Origin: Schmidtea polychroa
Lineage: Eukaryota
Reading direction: 5' to 3'
DNA length: 64,000 bases
Assembly: GCA_044892525.1 (NCBI GenBank)
Contig: CM097886.1
Location: 121,334,001 to 121,398,000 of the forward strand
Below the pieces are notes generated by a model, which was given only the letters and a program-made list of their open reading frames with translations, had not been told where the DNA came from and ran no database searches. Each line of letters starts with the position of its first letter. The stretch's first letter is position 1. The position numbers and the translations under genes were made by a program. Of the stretch, positions 34,081 through 44,521 are shown in pieces.

Positions 34081-37000
34081 CGTTTCGAATGCCTCCTGTT
34101 GTTCTTTTCCCCCAAGTGAACGAGATATCTTTTTTCACTAACTCTTGGATTGGTTTTGCAATTCCTGCATAATTTTTGATGAATTTTCGATAGTATCCAC
34201 ATAATCCTAGGAACTCTTGCACTTGCGTAACGGTTTTTGGTGCTGGACATGTTTTTATTTTTTCGATGTTTCTTGGATCTGACTCTTTTCCTTTGGCTGA
34301 CACTATGTGTCCTAAAAACGTGACTTTTTCTTTTGCCCAATCACATTTTGAAGGTTTGAGCTTGAGTTTCCATTGTCGCAATCGAATGAATACATTTCGG
34401 ATATCCTCCAGATGTTGTTCAAATGTTGCTGAATAGATTAGCAAATCATCAATATATACCATACATTGTTTGATTCCATGAGTGACAAAGTTCATGCACC
34501 TTTGAAATGATGCTGGAGCGTTGGTCAGTCCGAATGGCATTTTCCTGAACTGATATAGATCTCGTCCCAACGTGAAAGCGGTCTTCTCTTTGTCCTCATC
34601 TTTGACTTTAATCTGCCAGTATCCACTTTTTAAATCTAAAGAAGTAAAATATGCTGCCTCCTGCAACATGAGTAACATTTCATTAATGTCTGGCAGTGGG
34701 TAGGTATCCCTCTTGGTTACTGCGTTTAACTTTCGATAATCGATACAGAATCTTTGCGTGCCATCTTTCTTTTTCACCATGACCACTGGAAACTGCCAAG
34801 GTGAGCAACTTGGTTCGATTACTTTTGCATCTAGCATTTTTTGCACTTCTGCTTCGGCTATTTCTTTTTGCATCTCCGCTAGTTTGTATGGTCTTAATGT
34901 GATTGGAGTTTCATCTATCAGGGGGATTGCATGTAGGGTAACATCACATGTACCCAAGTCTAAATCCGAAATGGCAAATATATCTTTGTATTCTACTAAT
35001 AATCGGGGCAATTTTGTCTTTTCGGCATCTGTTAGCAACGTGCTATCTATGGTCCATAATGCGTCGTCTTTGGTTCTTTCGTTGGTCACTTTTGGTAGTT
35101 CTATATCCATCATTGGAGTCAATTTTCCCAATCTTTCATTTTCGTAAATGATTTTGTCTTCCTCTTCGAAATTCGTGATGTTGATCGGTATCACTCCTTC
35201 TTGGTTTATTGTTATTATTTCTCTAGCGAGCGGTAATTCTCGTCGCTTTTCGAATGACTTACTTGGTTCGAAAATAACTTCCCCTTCCATTCCCGTATCC
35301 ACCTTTATCTGACAGATCATCTGTGATTTTGCTGGTACGATTATTTTTTCTGGACATCTGATTACTGCATTCATTTTGCATATTCTGCCGGTTTTATCCT
35401 TTAAGCACATTGTTTGTAAGTCAATTACTACTTCTTTTAGTAGTTCTGGCATTAAATCTGTTCCGATTATGCATGGTACACTCAGTTGTGGTATCACCGC
35501 TAAATACGTTTCAATCTCGTTATCCTGGTATTTCAAGGTGGTCCACCATCTCCCGACCACGTCTACTGTTTCTTTACTGCATGCTATGATGTGGATTGTT
35601 GTTGACTCGATATCTTTCCAATACCTACTGGGAATTTGATTATTTGCTATTGCTGATACGTTAGCTCCGGTGTCTATCATAGCATTTGTTTCTTTCCCAT
35701 TGATTTGAATCATGACTGTTACTGTCGGACCTCCAGGTAAAATCATGGCGGCTATCGACCGTACATCGTCCGCTTGATCTACACTTCTGGTTCTTCTAGT
35801 TGGCGGAAAATTCATTCCTGGTTGACTTGGTAACTGTGGATACATATTTTGTGTCATGGTCAAGGCTGCTTGTTGTCCGACGATGTCCGGTGGTATATAA
35901 CTTCCGTTGGCTATCCAGGTGTTTGTCTTATCCTTCTCCCAATATGGGGCTGTTTCTATTTGTTTTTCGTTCGGGTTTCTGCTTGGATATGGGTATTTAT
36001 TATTCCCTTCATCATCGTCATCGCTATCACTGTTAGATGATTGGTTTCTAAATCTATCGAAGAACTTTGGCTTACTCTTTTTCAATTGTCTTCTCGTTGC
36101 TTCATCATACATGGTTTTTCGGAATCGTCTACCTATTTCCTCGTCTGTCCCTTTAATCTTGGTTAAGATTTTAATCAATCGCTTTATTCGATGAATATCT
36201 TTCGAGTGACCATGTAATACCATAGTTTTTGCTAAAAATGGTAGAAACCCTACTATCATTTTCCAATTTACTTTCTTTTCTCTCTTGTAAATATCAAAAC
36301 AGGCTAGCATTTGTGTCAATATTACTCTAACAATTTGAATTATGAGTATGATTCCCAATATTCCTGCTATCATTTGTCCGAATACCAAGAATCTTCCCCA
36401 CATTGCTTTCATCATATTTGACGTGGCTTGTTGGAAATGGTCTGGTGATAATAGTAACTCGTAATTTGGACCTGATTGGAAATTTGTTCCGCCGGTTATT
36501 GTAACCATACTTGACAAGATTGACTCTCGCCTGGCTGGGAAAAGTATGTTTAGCCGTGCTGTTTCTAGATCCTCTGCTGAATACATACCTCCGTTTGATA
36601 CGTCTACGGGTTTGAAGTCTTGTTCCATGGCAAGTTCTATTAATCCAAACTTCTTAGGTTCCTCCACTGGGGCCTTTACTGGTAACATTATCCATTTTCC
36701 GTCGGGTCTTTCGTACAATGGTCCGTATGCATTGGAACAGTTAAAGAGATTTGGATAGAAACCCAATGGATTCATAATTCTGGTGATTAGTTGGACAAAT
36801 CGATTTTGTCCTTTGTAACGAATTTCCAACTCATTTGCACATTTCCCCGGTGGTATGGTGGGTTTTTCCGGCATTCGTGCAAACGTCTTGGTGCATGCAT
36901 ATGTATACATCACTTCGCCCACCATTCTACCAAAATGTCCGTCTGGTAATGGGAGTGATGACATCGTATTATCAGGGTGCGTTATCGCGATTGCTAGTTT

Positions 37001-38299
37001 TGTTTTCAGTATCTCTTTATTCAATGAACAATCGTTTTGTATAAGGTCGTAATATACTTTTTGTAGCGTCGTTTGTCCGCGATGGAATAAAAAATCCATT
37101 TTGTTATTGGCGTATAGGTACAATTTGACGTCCTCCATGGCTATCTTTCCCACTGCTCTATCTATTATCTGCCTTGACATGTAGATGCCTGCGTAGTTGG
37201 TCTTGTAGACGATACTGTCGCATTTGGTGGTCTCCTTCTCTCTGATGAATCTCATACCTAGGTCTGGATCGTCTGTGATCAGTGCCGTTGGTGTTTTTTG
37301 TGTTGTGAGCCTTTTTTCTTTGGGCGATGGTGGAACTGGTTTTCCATTTCGCATTCTTATTTTTTCATTTCCGTCCTCGTCAGCTTCGTTCTCATAAATT
37401 TCTCCTTTTACTTCATTGAATAGCGCACTTTTCAACAATTGGAGTCTGCATTTTTGGGTGTTAGCTTCATATATTATGGTCGAAACCCCCGTCTTACATA
37501 CGTTTTCCGAAGCTCTACATGCCGGGTTGGTTTTCATTTGGTAATTATTAGCGTCAAATTGTGCTTCGTATTCCTTTAACTCAACTGTATATGACTCGAT
37601 TACTACTACCCCCGATATCGCCTCTCCTCTGATCGTATACGTACCTCCGTTACATGTTCCATCCGTTGATTTTACGCGTCCGGCTACATAAATGCTTTCG
37701 GTTTTAATCATTCCACTTTGCCCGTGTATCGTTACTCCGTCTCGGATCCTCATTGCTCCGGTTCTAAACAGTTCTTTGCAATCCTCTCTTTGTATGGGTA
37801 CTATTTCTTTATCCAATCCGGGTAGTATGAGAGTTGAATATGAATATTGTCCGCAGTAATACGCCAACACACGTTTTGATACTACGCACTCCTTTGCTAG
37901 CGTCCTGATGAAATCCGATTCTTGATACACGTGATATGAGACCTTTTTGTTCACGATATCTAATTTATTTGGTGAAGCTTGTCTACATTCCTCGATATCT
38001 CCCAGTGAGTTTTTATCCCTCATTATGGAATTATTGCAGTCATAGATCGTGAAACCTGTTGCTCCACTGGTGCATAACATCCATATCATCATAGTCATCA
38101 TTAACGAGTTTATTGATGCTTTCCTGCTGGCTGGATCTTTCATTGGTAATTCCCATTCTAGTTCATTCAGCAACTTTTTTAATCTGACTTGCATTGATCT
38201 TTCCTGTTCGTTTTTTCGTGGCGCTTGGATGAGTCTCTTCCATCCTCCAGCACGGATAATATGTGGTTCGATAGTATTTTCTATGATTGCCACTGTCAT
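34070..38299 (-). CDS. pol: Polyprotein segment: end of Bcl-2-like domain, chuvirus-type glycoprotein (~38120-36300), aspartic protease, reverse transcriptase; +1 insertion at ~34105-34113
   Basis: GGW motif; signal-like segment then FTIYDC; Cys pattern and TM typical of chuvirus-type G; MIDTGA (~35670); YPLP, MPFGL, YIDD (34446-34457). Removing one base from GGGGGAAAA restores FTWGKEQQEAFETLRD. Confidence 0.92.
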   Translation of the reverse strand: MTVAIIENTIEPHIIRAGGWKRLIQAPRKNEQERSMQVRLKKLLNELEWELPMKDPASRKASINSLMMTMMIWMLCTSGATGFTIYDCNNSIMRDKNSLGDIEECRQASPNKLDIVNKKVSYHVYQESDFIRTLAKECVVSKRVLAYYCGQYSYSTLILPGLDKEIVPIQREDCKELFRTGAMRIRDGVTIHGQSGMIKTESIYVAGRVKSTDGTCNGGTYTIRGEAISGVVVIESYTVELKEYEAQFDANNYQMKTNPACRASENVCKTGVSTIIYEANTQKCRLQLLKSALFNEVKGEIYENEADEDGNEKIRMRNGKPVPPSPKEKRLTTQKTPTALITDDPDLGMRFIREKETTKCDSIVYKTNYAGIYMSRQIIDRAVGKIAMEDVKLYLYANNKMDFLFHRGQTTLQKVYYDLIQNDCSLNKEILKTKLAIAITHPDNTMSSLPLPDGHFGRMVGEVMYTYACTKTFARMPEKPTIPPGKCANELEIRYKGQNRFVQLITRIMNPLGFYPNLFNCSNAYGPLYERPDGKWIMLPVKAPVEEPKKFGLIELAMEQDFKPVDVSNGGMYSAEDLETARLNILFPARRESILSSMVTITGGTNFQSGPNYELLLSPDHFQQATSNMMKAMWGRFLVFGQMIAGILGIILIIQIVRVILTQMLACFDIYKREKKVNWKMIVGFLPFLAKTMVLHGHSKDIHRIKRLIKILTKIKGTDEEIGRRFRKTMYDEATRRQLKKSKPKFFDRFRNQSSNSDSDDDDEGNNKYPYPSRNPNEKQIETAPYWEKDKTNTWIANGSYIPPDIVGQQAALTMTQNMYPQLPSQPGMNFPPTRRTRSVDQADDVRSIAAMILPGGPTVTVMIQINGKETNAMIDTGANVSAIANNQIPSRYWKDIESTTIHIIACSKETVDVVGRWWTTLKYQDNEIETYLAVIPQLSVPCIIGTDLMPELLKEVVIDLQTMCLKDKTGRICKMNAVIRCPEKIIVPAKSQMICQIKVDTGMEGEVIFEPSKSFEKRRELPLAREIITINQEGVIPINITNFEEEDKIIYENERLGKLTPMMDIELPKVTNERTKDDALWTIDSTLLTDAEKTKLPRLLVEYKDIFAISDLDLGTCDVTLHAIPLIDETPITLRPYKLAEMQKEIAEAEVQKMLDAKVIEPSCSPWQFPVVMVKKKDGTQRFCIDYRKLNAVTKRDTYPLPDINEMLLMLQEAAYFTSLDLKSGYWQIKVKDEDKEKTAFTLGRDLYQFRKMPFGLTNAPASFQRCMNFVTHGIKQCMVYIDDLLIYSATFEQHLEDIRNVFIRLRQWKLKLKPSKCDWAKEKVTFLGHIVSAKGKESDPRNIEKIKTCPAPKTVTQVQEFLGLCGYYRKFIKNYAGIAKPIQELVKKDISFTWGKRTTGGIRNVER

Positions 38300-38317
38300 T
38301 TCTACGTGATTTGCAAA

Positions 38318-41086
38318 TTATTTATTGGGTATTTTCCTCGCAGCTAATCCCATCAAATTATACATCAAATAAGTTATTACCACTAGATGGTGTTCATCAT
38401 CGTTTGCGTTCGTTGTGAGTTGTTCGATTACTCTCCTTGTTTCATCCCAGTCCGTTTTAGTGGTTTTTGTTTTTTCTTTGATTAACTTTGGGATTATTCC
38501 TGATACGATGTGCCATAGTTGTCGAACTTCCACGCTTGCTACTTTCCGTTGCCACAAACGTCTGAGTTGCGGGTTTGTTATTATTAACATATCTTTTATT
38601 AATTCCCGTATCCACTTTTCTCCTCTCTCGATCGTTGGTTGGGCTTCTTTCAGATCCCATACTATTTTATCTAACATTTCCAATCTGACTTGTCCTTGTT
38701 CTTGCTTTAATTGTTCTCTGGTTTTAAATTCAGGTTTTTCTCCTTGTTTCTTGGGTCTCCCTTTTGCCCGTTTTTCCATTGTTGTTCCGGCTTCTCTGGT
38801 ATTTTCGTAACTCGGATTTCTTTCATTATCTGTTCTGGGCAATGAGCTGTCATTATTTCTTAGCCATTCATTCCATTTGTCTATTATTTTATCGGTTTGA
38901 CCTTCCGGAGTTATTCTTGTCGGTTCTCTTTGTTTCTTGAATTGTTCATCCGTTTCCGTTTCTGTCGTATTGTCGATGATTTCTTCGATATTTAGTTTCT
39001 CCGGTTGTTGATAACTCGTCGACGGTCTGCTGGTTGTCCAAATCTCGGCTCCCGTCGGCCATCTCACTAATAGCGGCGATCTTTCCCCAGGTTCATCGTC
39101 ACTATCTTCTAGGATAATCTCCTCGACCTCCTCGGTTTCATTCGATTTACTTGGTGCTTTGTTCGGACTTGGGGTGCTCAAACTACCTTTTGTTGGTTTA
39201 CCATTTTTACTTTTCCTTTTTAACGGTTTCCCCAACGTTTCTGCCATTGTCAATACGTTTGTCTCTTCCAACCTCATAGGTGTTATTCCTACGTCCGCAT
39301 TATCATCTAATGATTTTCCTTGCAGCTGTAGATGGAATGGGGTTTCGTACGCCAATTTCTTTTTTAATTCTCTGATTTTTGTGGTTGGATGTACCTCTAC
39401 TTCCTCAACGTTTTTATCAGGGTATTTAATTCGAATTCGATATCTTTCTTGGGTGTCCTCTGACCATTCATGGTTTCGCCACTTCCCGATAATTTGCTCC
39501 AATTGTTCCGGGTACCATTCGTTGTATTGTCGGTATTCCTCTATAACTTTTACTATCTCTCTCAAATAGTGGATATTATCCGATATTTTTAGAATGAAGT
39601 TGGCCAGTGCTATCACTTGCCTTTTTTGATTCTTTGTTCCCGTCTCTAAGATATCGCCTAGTTGCTTATATCTCTCTTTCTCTTCTCGATCTCTCGCTTC
39701 CTTCGCCTCCTCACCGTCTATATCGGCATATTCACGTTCCTTTTTCCTCATCGCATGGATATGTCTGGCTTCATTTTCACTTTCTGATGTGACGTCCGTC
39801 TCGCTCTCGTCATCTGATGTCTGTTCCATTGCTTCCTCTTCATATTCTGGAGGTTCATCTTCTTCCTCCTCTGGCTCTTCATCCGTCTCCTCGATTTCTG
39901 TTTCTATGAAGATTCCTTTCTTGATTTCCCATTCCTTCTTTTCCGCGTTCCACACTCTTTCCCATGGGGTTCGTCTACAGGATCTGGTACTTAGTTTCGT
40001 TATTTTTCCTTGTAGTTCCTTTTCTTTTAACCATTGTTGGTGGATTTCAATTATTTCTACGGATTTCTGATATAACGTCTTCATCCGATCTCGTATCTCC
40101 TTTTGATAGGTTACATCCCTCGTTCGGAATTCATCCATTGGTACTATTCTGATTATTTGGTGATCAACCCACATGCCCATTTCACTTAATGAGGTGTCGT
40201 CTTCAGTTCGTAGTATTATTTTATCGTACATCATGACTATATCGTCTATCATACCATCGTCACTCTCGCTTCGTACTCTTTCCGTTATCTCTTGGTTTAT
40301 CCTTTCTACTAATTCGTCTACCGTGCTTTGATTACTGATTTTGATTCGTCGTTTTTCCTCATTTGGCAACCATATCGTTACTTCCAATTTTCTTGGTTGC
40401 GTTTCTTTTAACCGTCCATATTTGTGGATTAAATTGACGGTTCTCCAATCACTCATCCTGAGGAGTTCCGTATCGCGTAATCTGCTCATTAACTCGTGCA
40501 TCTCGGGGGCTCGTCTGGCTATGAGTAAATCCCAATTATCATCTACTTGTTCTTGAATTTGTTTGATGAGCTTGTCTAGGTTTCGTTTCAAAGTACATTG
40601 TTTTATTTGTTCCAATTTCAGTTTGATGTTAAAATCATATTCGGCCTTAGCGTCTTTAGCCCAATCATAGATATTGGCTGGTTGTTTCTCTTTGTGCAGC
40701 TTTAATATTTGGGTTTCTCCTGGCCATACCAGTGCGTCTACCAAGTGCATATCTGGTTTGATTTGCTCTCCTTGATATTGGTACAGGTACTCCTTTTTCC
40801 TCGAGCTACCTAAATGTTCTCGTATCCAATCGAAAAGTTCGTCGGTGACGGTATTTTTAACCCATATTCTTTCAAGTCCTTTACTTGTTCCGATTTTTAT
40901 TACATATCGCGTGGTATCGGCCTGCTTCATTTTTTCCATATACTTTTTTATTATCGACTTTTCCTCGTTTGGTATTAAATCTTTCTCGTTTCTTTCCAAT
41001 TTCATCACTTTCTGTACGAATCGTCTAAATGGTATTACATCGATGAACTCTTGGTTTCTCACTACCACTGGGAGTATTTCGGCTAC
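38318..41086 (-). CDS. Polyprotein segment with three ubiquitin-like domains, an acidic linker and the N-terminal part of a Bcl-2-like domain
   Basis: In frame with gag (single TGA) and with the next ORF (single TAA); UBL-like segments ~40910-40700, 40390-40140 and 39445-39245. Confidence 0.7.
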   Translation of the reverse strand, partial: VAEILPVVVRNQEFIDVIPFRRFVQKVMKLERNEKDLIPNEEKSIIKKYMEKMKQADTTRYVIKIGTSKGLERIWVKNTVTDELFDWIREHLGSSRKKEYLYQYQGEQIKPDMHLVDALVWPGETQILKLHKEKQPANIYDWAKDAKAEYDFNIKLKLEQIKQCTLKRNLDKLIKQIQEQVDDNWDLLIARRAPEMHELMSRLRDTELLRMSDWRTVNLIHKYGRLKETQPRKLEVTIWLPNEEKRRIKISNQSTVDELVERINQEITERVRSESDDGMIDDIVMMYDKIILRTEDDTSLSEMGMWVDHQIIRIVPMDEFRTRDVTYQKEIRDRMKTLYQKSVEIIEIHQQWLKEKELQGKITKLSTRSCRRTPWERVWNAEKKEWEIKKGIFIETEIEETDEEPEEEEDEPPEYEEEAMEQTSDDESETDVTSESENEARHIHAMRKKEREYADIDGEEAKEARDREEKERYKQLGDILETGTKNQKRQVIALANFILKISDNIHYLREIVKVIEEYRQYNEWYPEQLEQIIGKWRNHEWSEDTQERYRIRIKYPDKNVEEVEVHPTTKIRELKKKLAYETPFHLQLQGKSLDDNADVGITPMRLEETNVLTMAETLGKPLKRKSKNGKPTKGSLSTPSPNKAPSKSNETEEVEEIILEDSDDEPGERSPLLVRWPTGAEIWTTSRPSTSYQQPEKLNIEEIIDNTTETETDEQFKKQREPTRITPEGQTDKIIDKWNEWLRNNDSSLPRTDNERNPSYENTREAGTTMEKRAKGRPKKQGEKPEFKTREQLKQEQGQVRLEMLDKIVWDLKEAQPTIERGEKWIRELIKDMLIITNPQLRRLWQRKVASVEVRQLWHIVSGIIPKLIKEKTKTTKTDWDETRRVIEQLTTNANDDEHHLVVITYLMYNLMGLAARKIPNK

Positions 41087-43370
41087 TCATTTTATCGCTT
41101 CCTCTCTTTCTTTTCTCAATTGTATTTCGATATCCTCGTCCTCACTTTCGCTGGTTATCTCGCTTTCGCTTTCGCTTTCCTCTTTGGTTTCCCCTTTTGA
41201 CGGTTCGCCATCTTCGTTCAGCTGTAGTATTTCTCCCCCCAAACTGCTCACATAGTCTTCATCTGATGACGACGTACCTTTTGTCTCTTTCATCATGTTG
41301 ATTCGCAAATTACTCATCCTTGGTACTCGCTTTAGTTTCTTATTTTCGAATATCGTTGTTTCTTCGAATTCTAATTCTTGTAGTATTTTGTGGTTTAGGT
41401 GACTGGTTTGTTCCTGGTCTTTTTTACTATCATCTTTTGCCTCAGTTTTCGTTTTGTCATGTTCCTTTTCGATTTTGTCTTTTATCTTTTTCCAGAATAT
41501 TCTCTGAATTCTTTGGTTTCCTTTCAGTATCGTTGTTGGACCTTCCGTTCCGTTTTCTGTTGTTGTTTCTTTTACTTTTTCCGGTTCAGCCATCGGCACT
41601 ATTCTTGGGTTTTTCCCATAGTTGTAACAATATTGCTCTTTAACGTCCCTTATTAATCTCATCATATTTAGTCGTAAGGGTTGCCCTTGTCGTTGCTGGT
41701 CGCGTTCTTGTTTTATTCTCTCTTCTTCGGCCTGCAACCTTTGCCAATCCTGTGCATGTTGCTGTCTCTCGTAGTTGTTGATGTTTTCGGTGCTTCTCAT
41801 CATCCGTATATTCTGTGTTTGCTGAGGCGCCGGTTCCGGTCTTGGTCGCAGTAATTGATGCATCATCTGTTTCATTTGGGAGATTTCTTGCATGACGTTC
41901 ATTTGTTTCCCTTCACTGGGGTTACTTTGTCGTTGCGGATTCGACATATAATTATTATTCCGTTGTGGCGGTCGTTGTTGTTGGCCTCTTTCTCGGCATT
42001 CCCTAGATATATGGCCTGGTTGTCCGCAGTTAAAACATCCTCTCGTTTGGCATATATTCTCCGTATGCCCCCGTCGTCCGCAACGATTGCAATTTGCATT
42101 TCTATAACAATCTCTGTCCCAATGTCCTGATTTACCACAGGTTAGGCATTGTTTGTTGTCGTTCCCATTTCGTCGATTATTAAAATTATTCCCGTTATTT
42201 GGGTGGTTACGTTCGTTGTTATTCCCATTTGATCGTCCTTGTGGTGGTTTGAAAATTTGATGCGCTCCGGGTATGAATTGATTCATTTTTGGTTCTTGGT
42301 TATTGATATCTCCACCATCTGTTTTTACCATGGCTGTTGCTATCCTCCCATCCTCTTGCATAATATTCATTTGAGCTGGGAGGTGGAGCTCGCATCGTGT
42401 GGCCCAATCTATGGCCTCTTCCAACGTTTTACACATTTGGCATCCCACCGATGCTCTTACTTCTTCTCGGCGTAGTCCCTCTATGAAATAGCCGATCAAA
42501 TTTTCCTCTGGCAATTTCCCATTCATTGCTTTCTTTGCTAATCTCCGTAATTCACTTGCATATAATGTTATTGATTCATTGGTTCTCTGTTTTCTATTGG
42601 CTAGTTCGCCGAGTGCTTGATTTATTGGCTTGCTCGCTCCGAAAGTTTTCTTCAGAAATGTTTTGATATCTTCCCATTTATCTAATTTCGTGTCTCTCTC
42701 TTTAGCTTCTAAGTACACTTCCAATGCACTATCACATAAAAACAACGGCATTCTTTTGCTAACCGCTTCGGCTGTCCATCCACACACCGTGATATAGACC
42801 TCAAAGTTGGTTATAAACGTTGTCAATTTGTTTGCATTTCCGTTGAACAGTTCGCCTCTAAAGTTTTCTTTATACTCGTCGGTTTTTACCACATTCGTCA
42901 TGATTGGTTCTCGAGTTTCCACTGTTTCTTTTAAGTTATCTAATAACTGGGTTAGGTTATGGACGGATAGTTCTTCTGTGGATGCTGATAAACTGTTCGT
43001 GATATCTATTATACTTTCTCGGCTTTTCGCTCGCTTCGGGGTAAATTGGATTGTTGGGTTTTCTTTGTCGTCTATCAATATTCTGTTCGTCTCGTTAGGT
43101 CCTTGCGATGATCCTCTCCTGTGACGGGTTGATCTAGCTCTCTTGATGCTTTGCAGCTGATCTACTGAAAATAACGTATCGTATTGATTACTTGAGGATC
43201 GGAGTGTTCTTTGATTTGCCGTGACTTCTTCCTGTTACTCCTTTGTCTTTCCTTGGCTCCTTTCCGTTTGATCGGGTTCTGGATTGGTTATTTCTGGTTG
43301 GTTGTTGGTTTCTTCGAATTCCTTTTGCGCAGGTTCTGGATTGGCTTGCTTGACTGGATTGGTTGGATAT
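41087..43370 (-). CDS. gag: Gag (capsid-like domain and three CCHC knuckles); frame open from 43370 with one TAA at 43235-43237
   Basis: CLTCGKSGHWDRDC, CNRCGRRGHTENIC, CFNCGQPGHISREC; capsid-like FNGNANKLTTFITNFE...RKQRTNESITLYASELRRLA. Confidence 0.9.
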
Positions 43371-44083
43371 CTAAAATGAAAAAATGATCTCGTGTTGCAT
43401 CTGCTTACACGACTTCATCATTCTTTCTGCAGCATTCAAACACAGACACCTTTTAGGTTTCTGTTTGTGCTTCCCCTATTTTTTATGCAATTCCTTCCGC
43501 GGGTTATATTTTCCCATCAGCCCGTATTTTTCGTCGATTTTAAATTATCTATATGGGGTAGTAACAATTATCTATAGAGTCGTAATAATTATCTATCTTT
43601 AATACTTATAATATGAATAGGTCGTTGTCGGTCACTGCTTATTACCCCCCTTTATTTTCCTAATCCTTTTGCGCTATTGTCGCTATGTTACTTATCTTTT
43701 CGTCTTTACTATTTCTCACTCAGTTCTATTCTAGAACTAATAAAATTAATTTCCCCGGTTTAAACCAAAAAAAAATACTCCGTAGAGTTTCTCTACTTCA
43801 CTGGGATCCCTTTAATTAGTTAATTATTTCCTCTTCTGCTCATCATCTCTTTTCACTTATTCTTTGGTTCCACTGACTTTCTAATTCATTTTCCTCTTCC
43901 CTTACCCTTTCTCATTATAATCTTGTTATCATTTTCCACGAGCTCGTTTAATCCTCTCAATTCAAACTCCGGTAATTAATATTCAACTTGTTTCTAGCTA
44001 GCTTTAATATTCCATTCCACTGTTAACTTAAATACTATCTCATTGTAGCTTAAATGCTATCTCTCGTTTCTCTAGGCCTTTAC

Positions 44084-44521
44084 GACTGGCTGGCACTTTT
44101 CAACAGCTCAATCTTCATTATCCTGACCGGCTGGACTTTTCACAACTCGGTCTTAATATCTCCGAACTGGCTGGACTTTTCACAACTCAGTTTTAATTTC
44201 CCTGACCGGCTGGACTTTTCAACAACTCGGCCTTAATATCTCCGAACTGGCTGGACTTTTCACAACTCAGTTTTAATTTCCCTGACCGGCTGGACTTTTC
44301 AACAACTCGGCCTTAATATCTCCGAACTGGCTGGACTTTTCACAACTCAGTTTTAATTTCCCTGATCGGCTGGACTTTTCAACAACTCGGCCTTAATATC
44401 TCCGAACTGGCTGGACTTTTCACAACTCAGTTTTAATTTCCCTGACCGGCTGGACTTTTCAACAACTCGGCCTTAATATCTCCGAACCGGCTGGACTTTT
44501 CAACAACTCGGCCTTAATATC
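44084..44521. repeat. Tandem array of ~11 40-bp monomers alternating A/B (80-bp higher-order unit) in the element leader
   Basis: A = cctgaccggctggacttttcaacaactcggccttaatatc (e.g. 44201-44240); B = tccgaactggctggacttttcacaactcagttttaatttc (44241-44280). Confidence 0.95.

Noticed and set aside
34100-34115. GGGGGAAAA at the RT/RNase H junction as a programmed ribosomal frameshift
   Set aside because: The shift needed is +1, inside a conserved RT connection region; a homopolymer insertion (mutation or sequencing error) is simpler.
44084-44521. CRISPR-like array
   Set aside because: No unique spacers; plain alternating tandem monomers in a eukaryotic retroelement.
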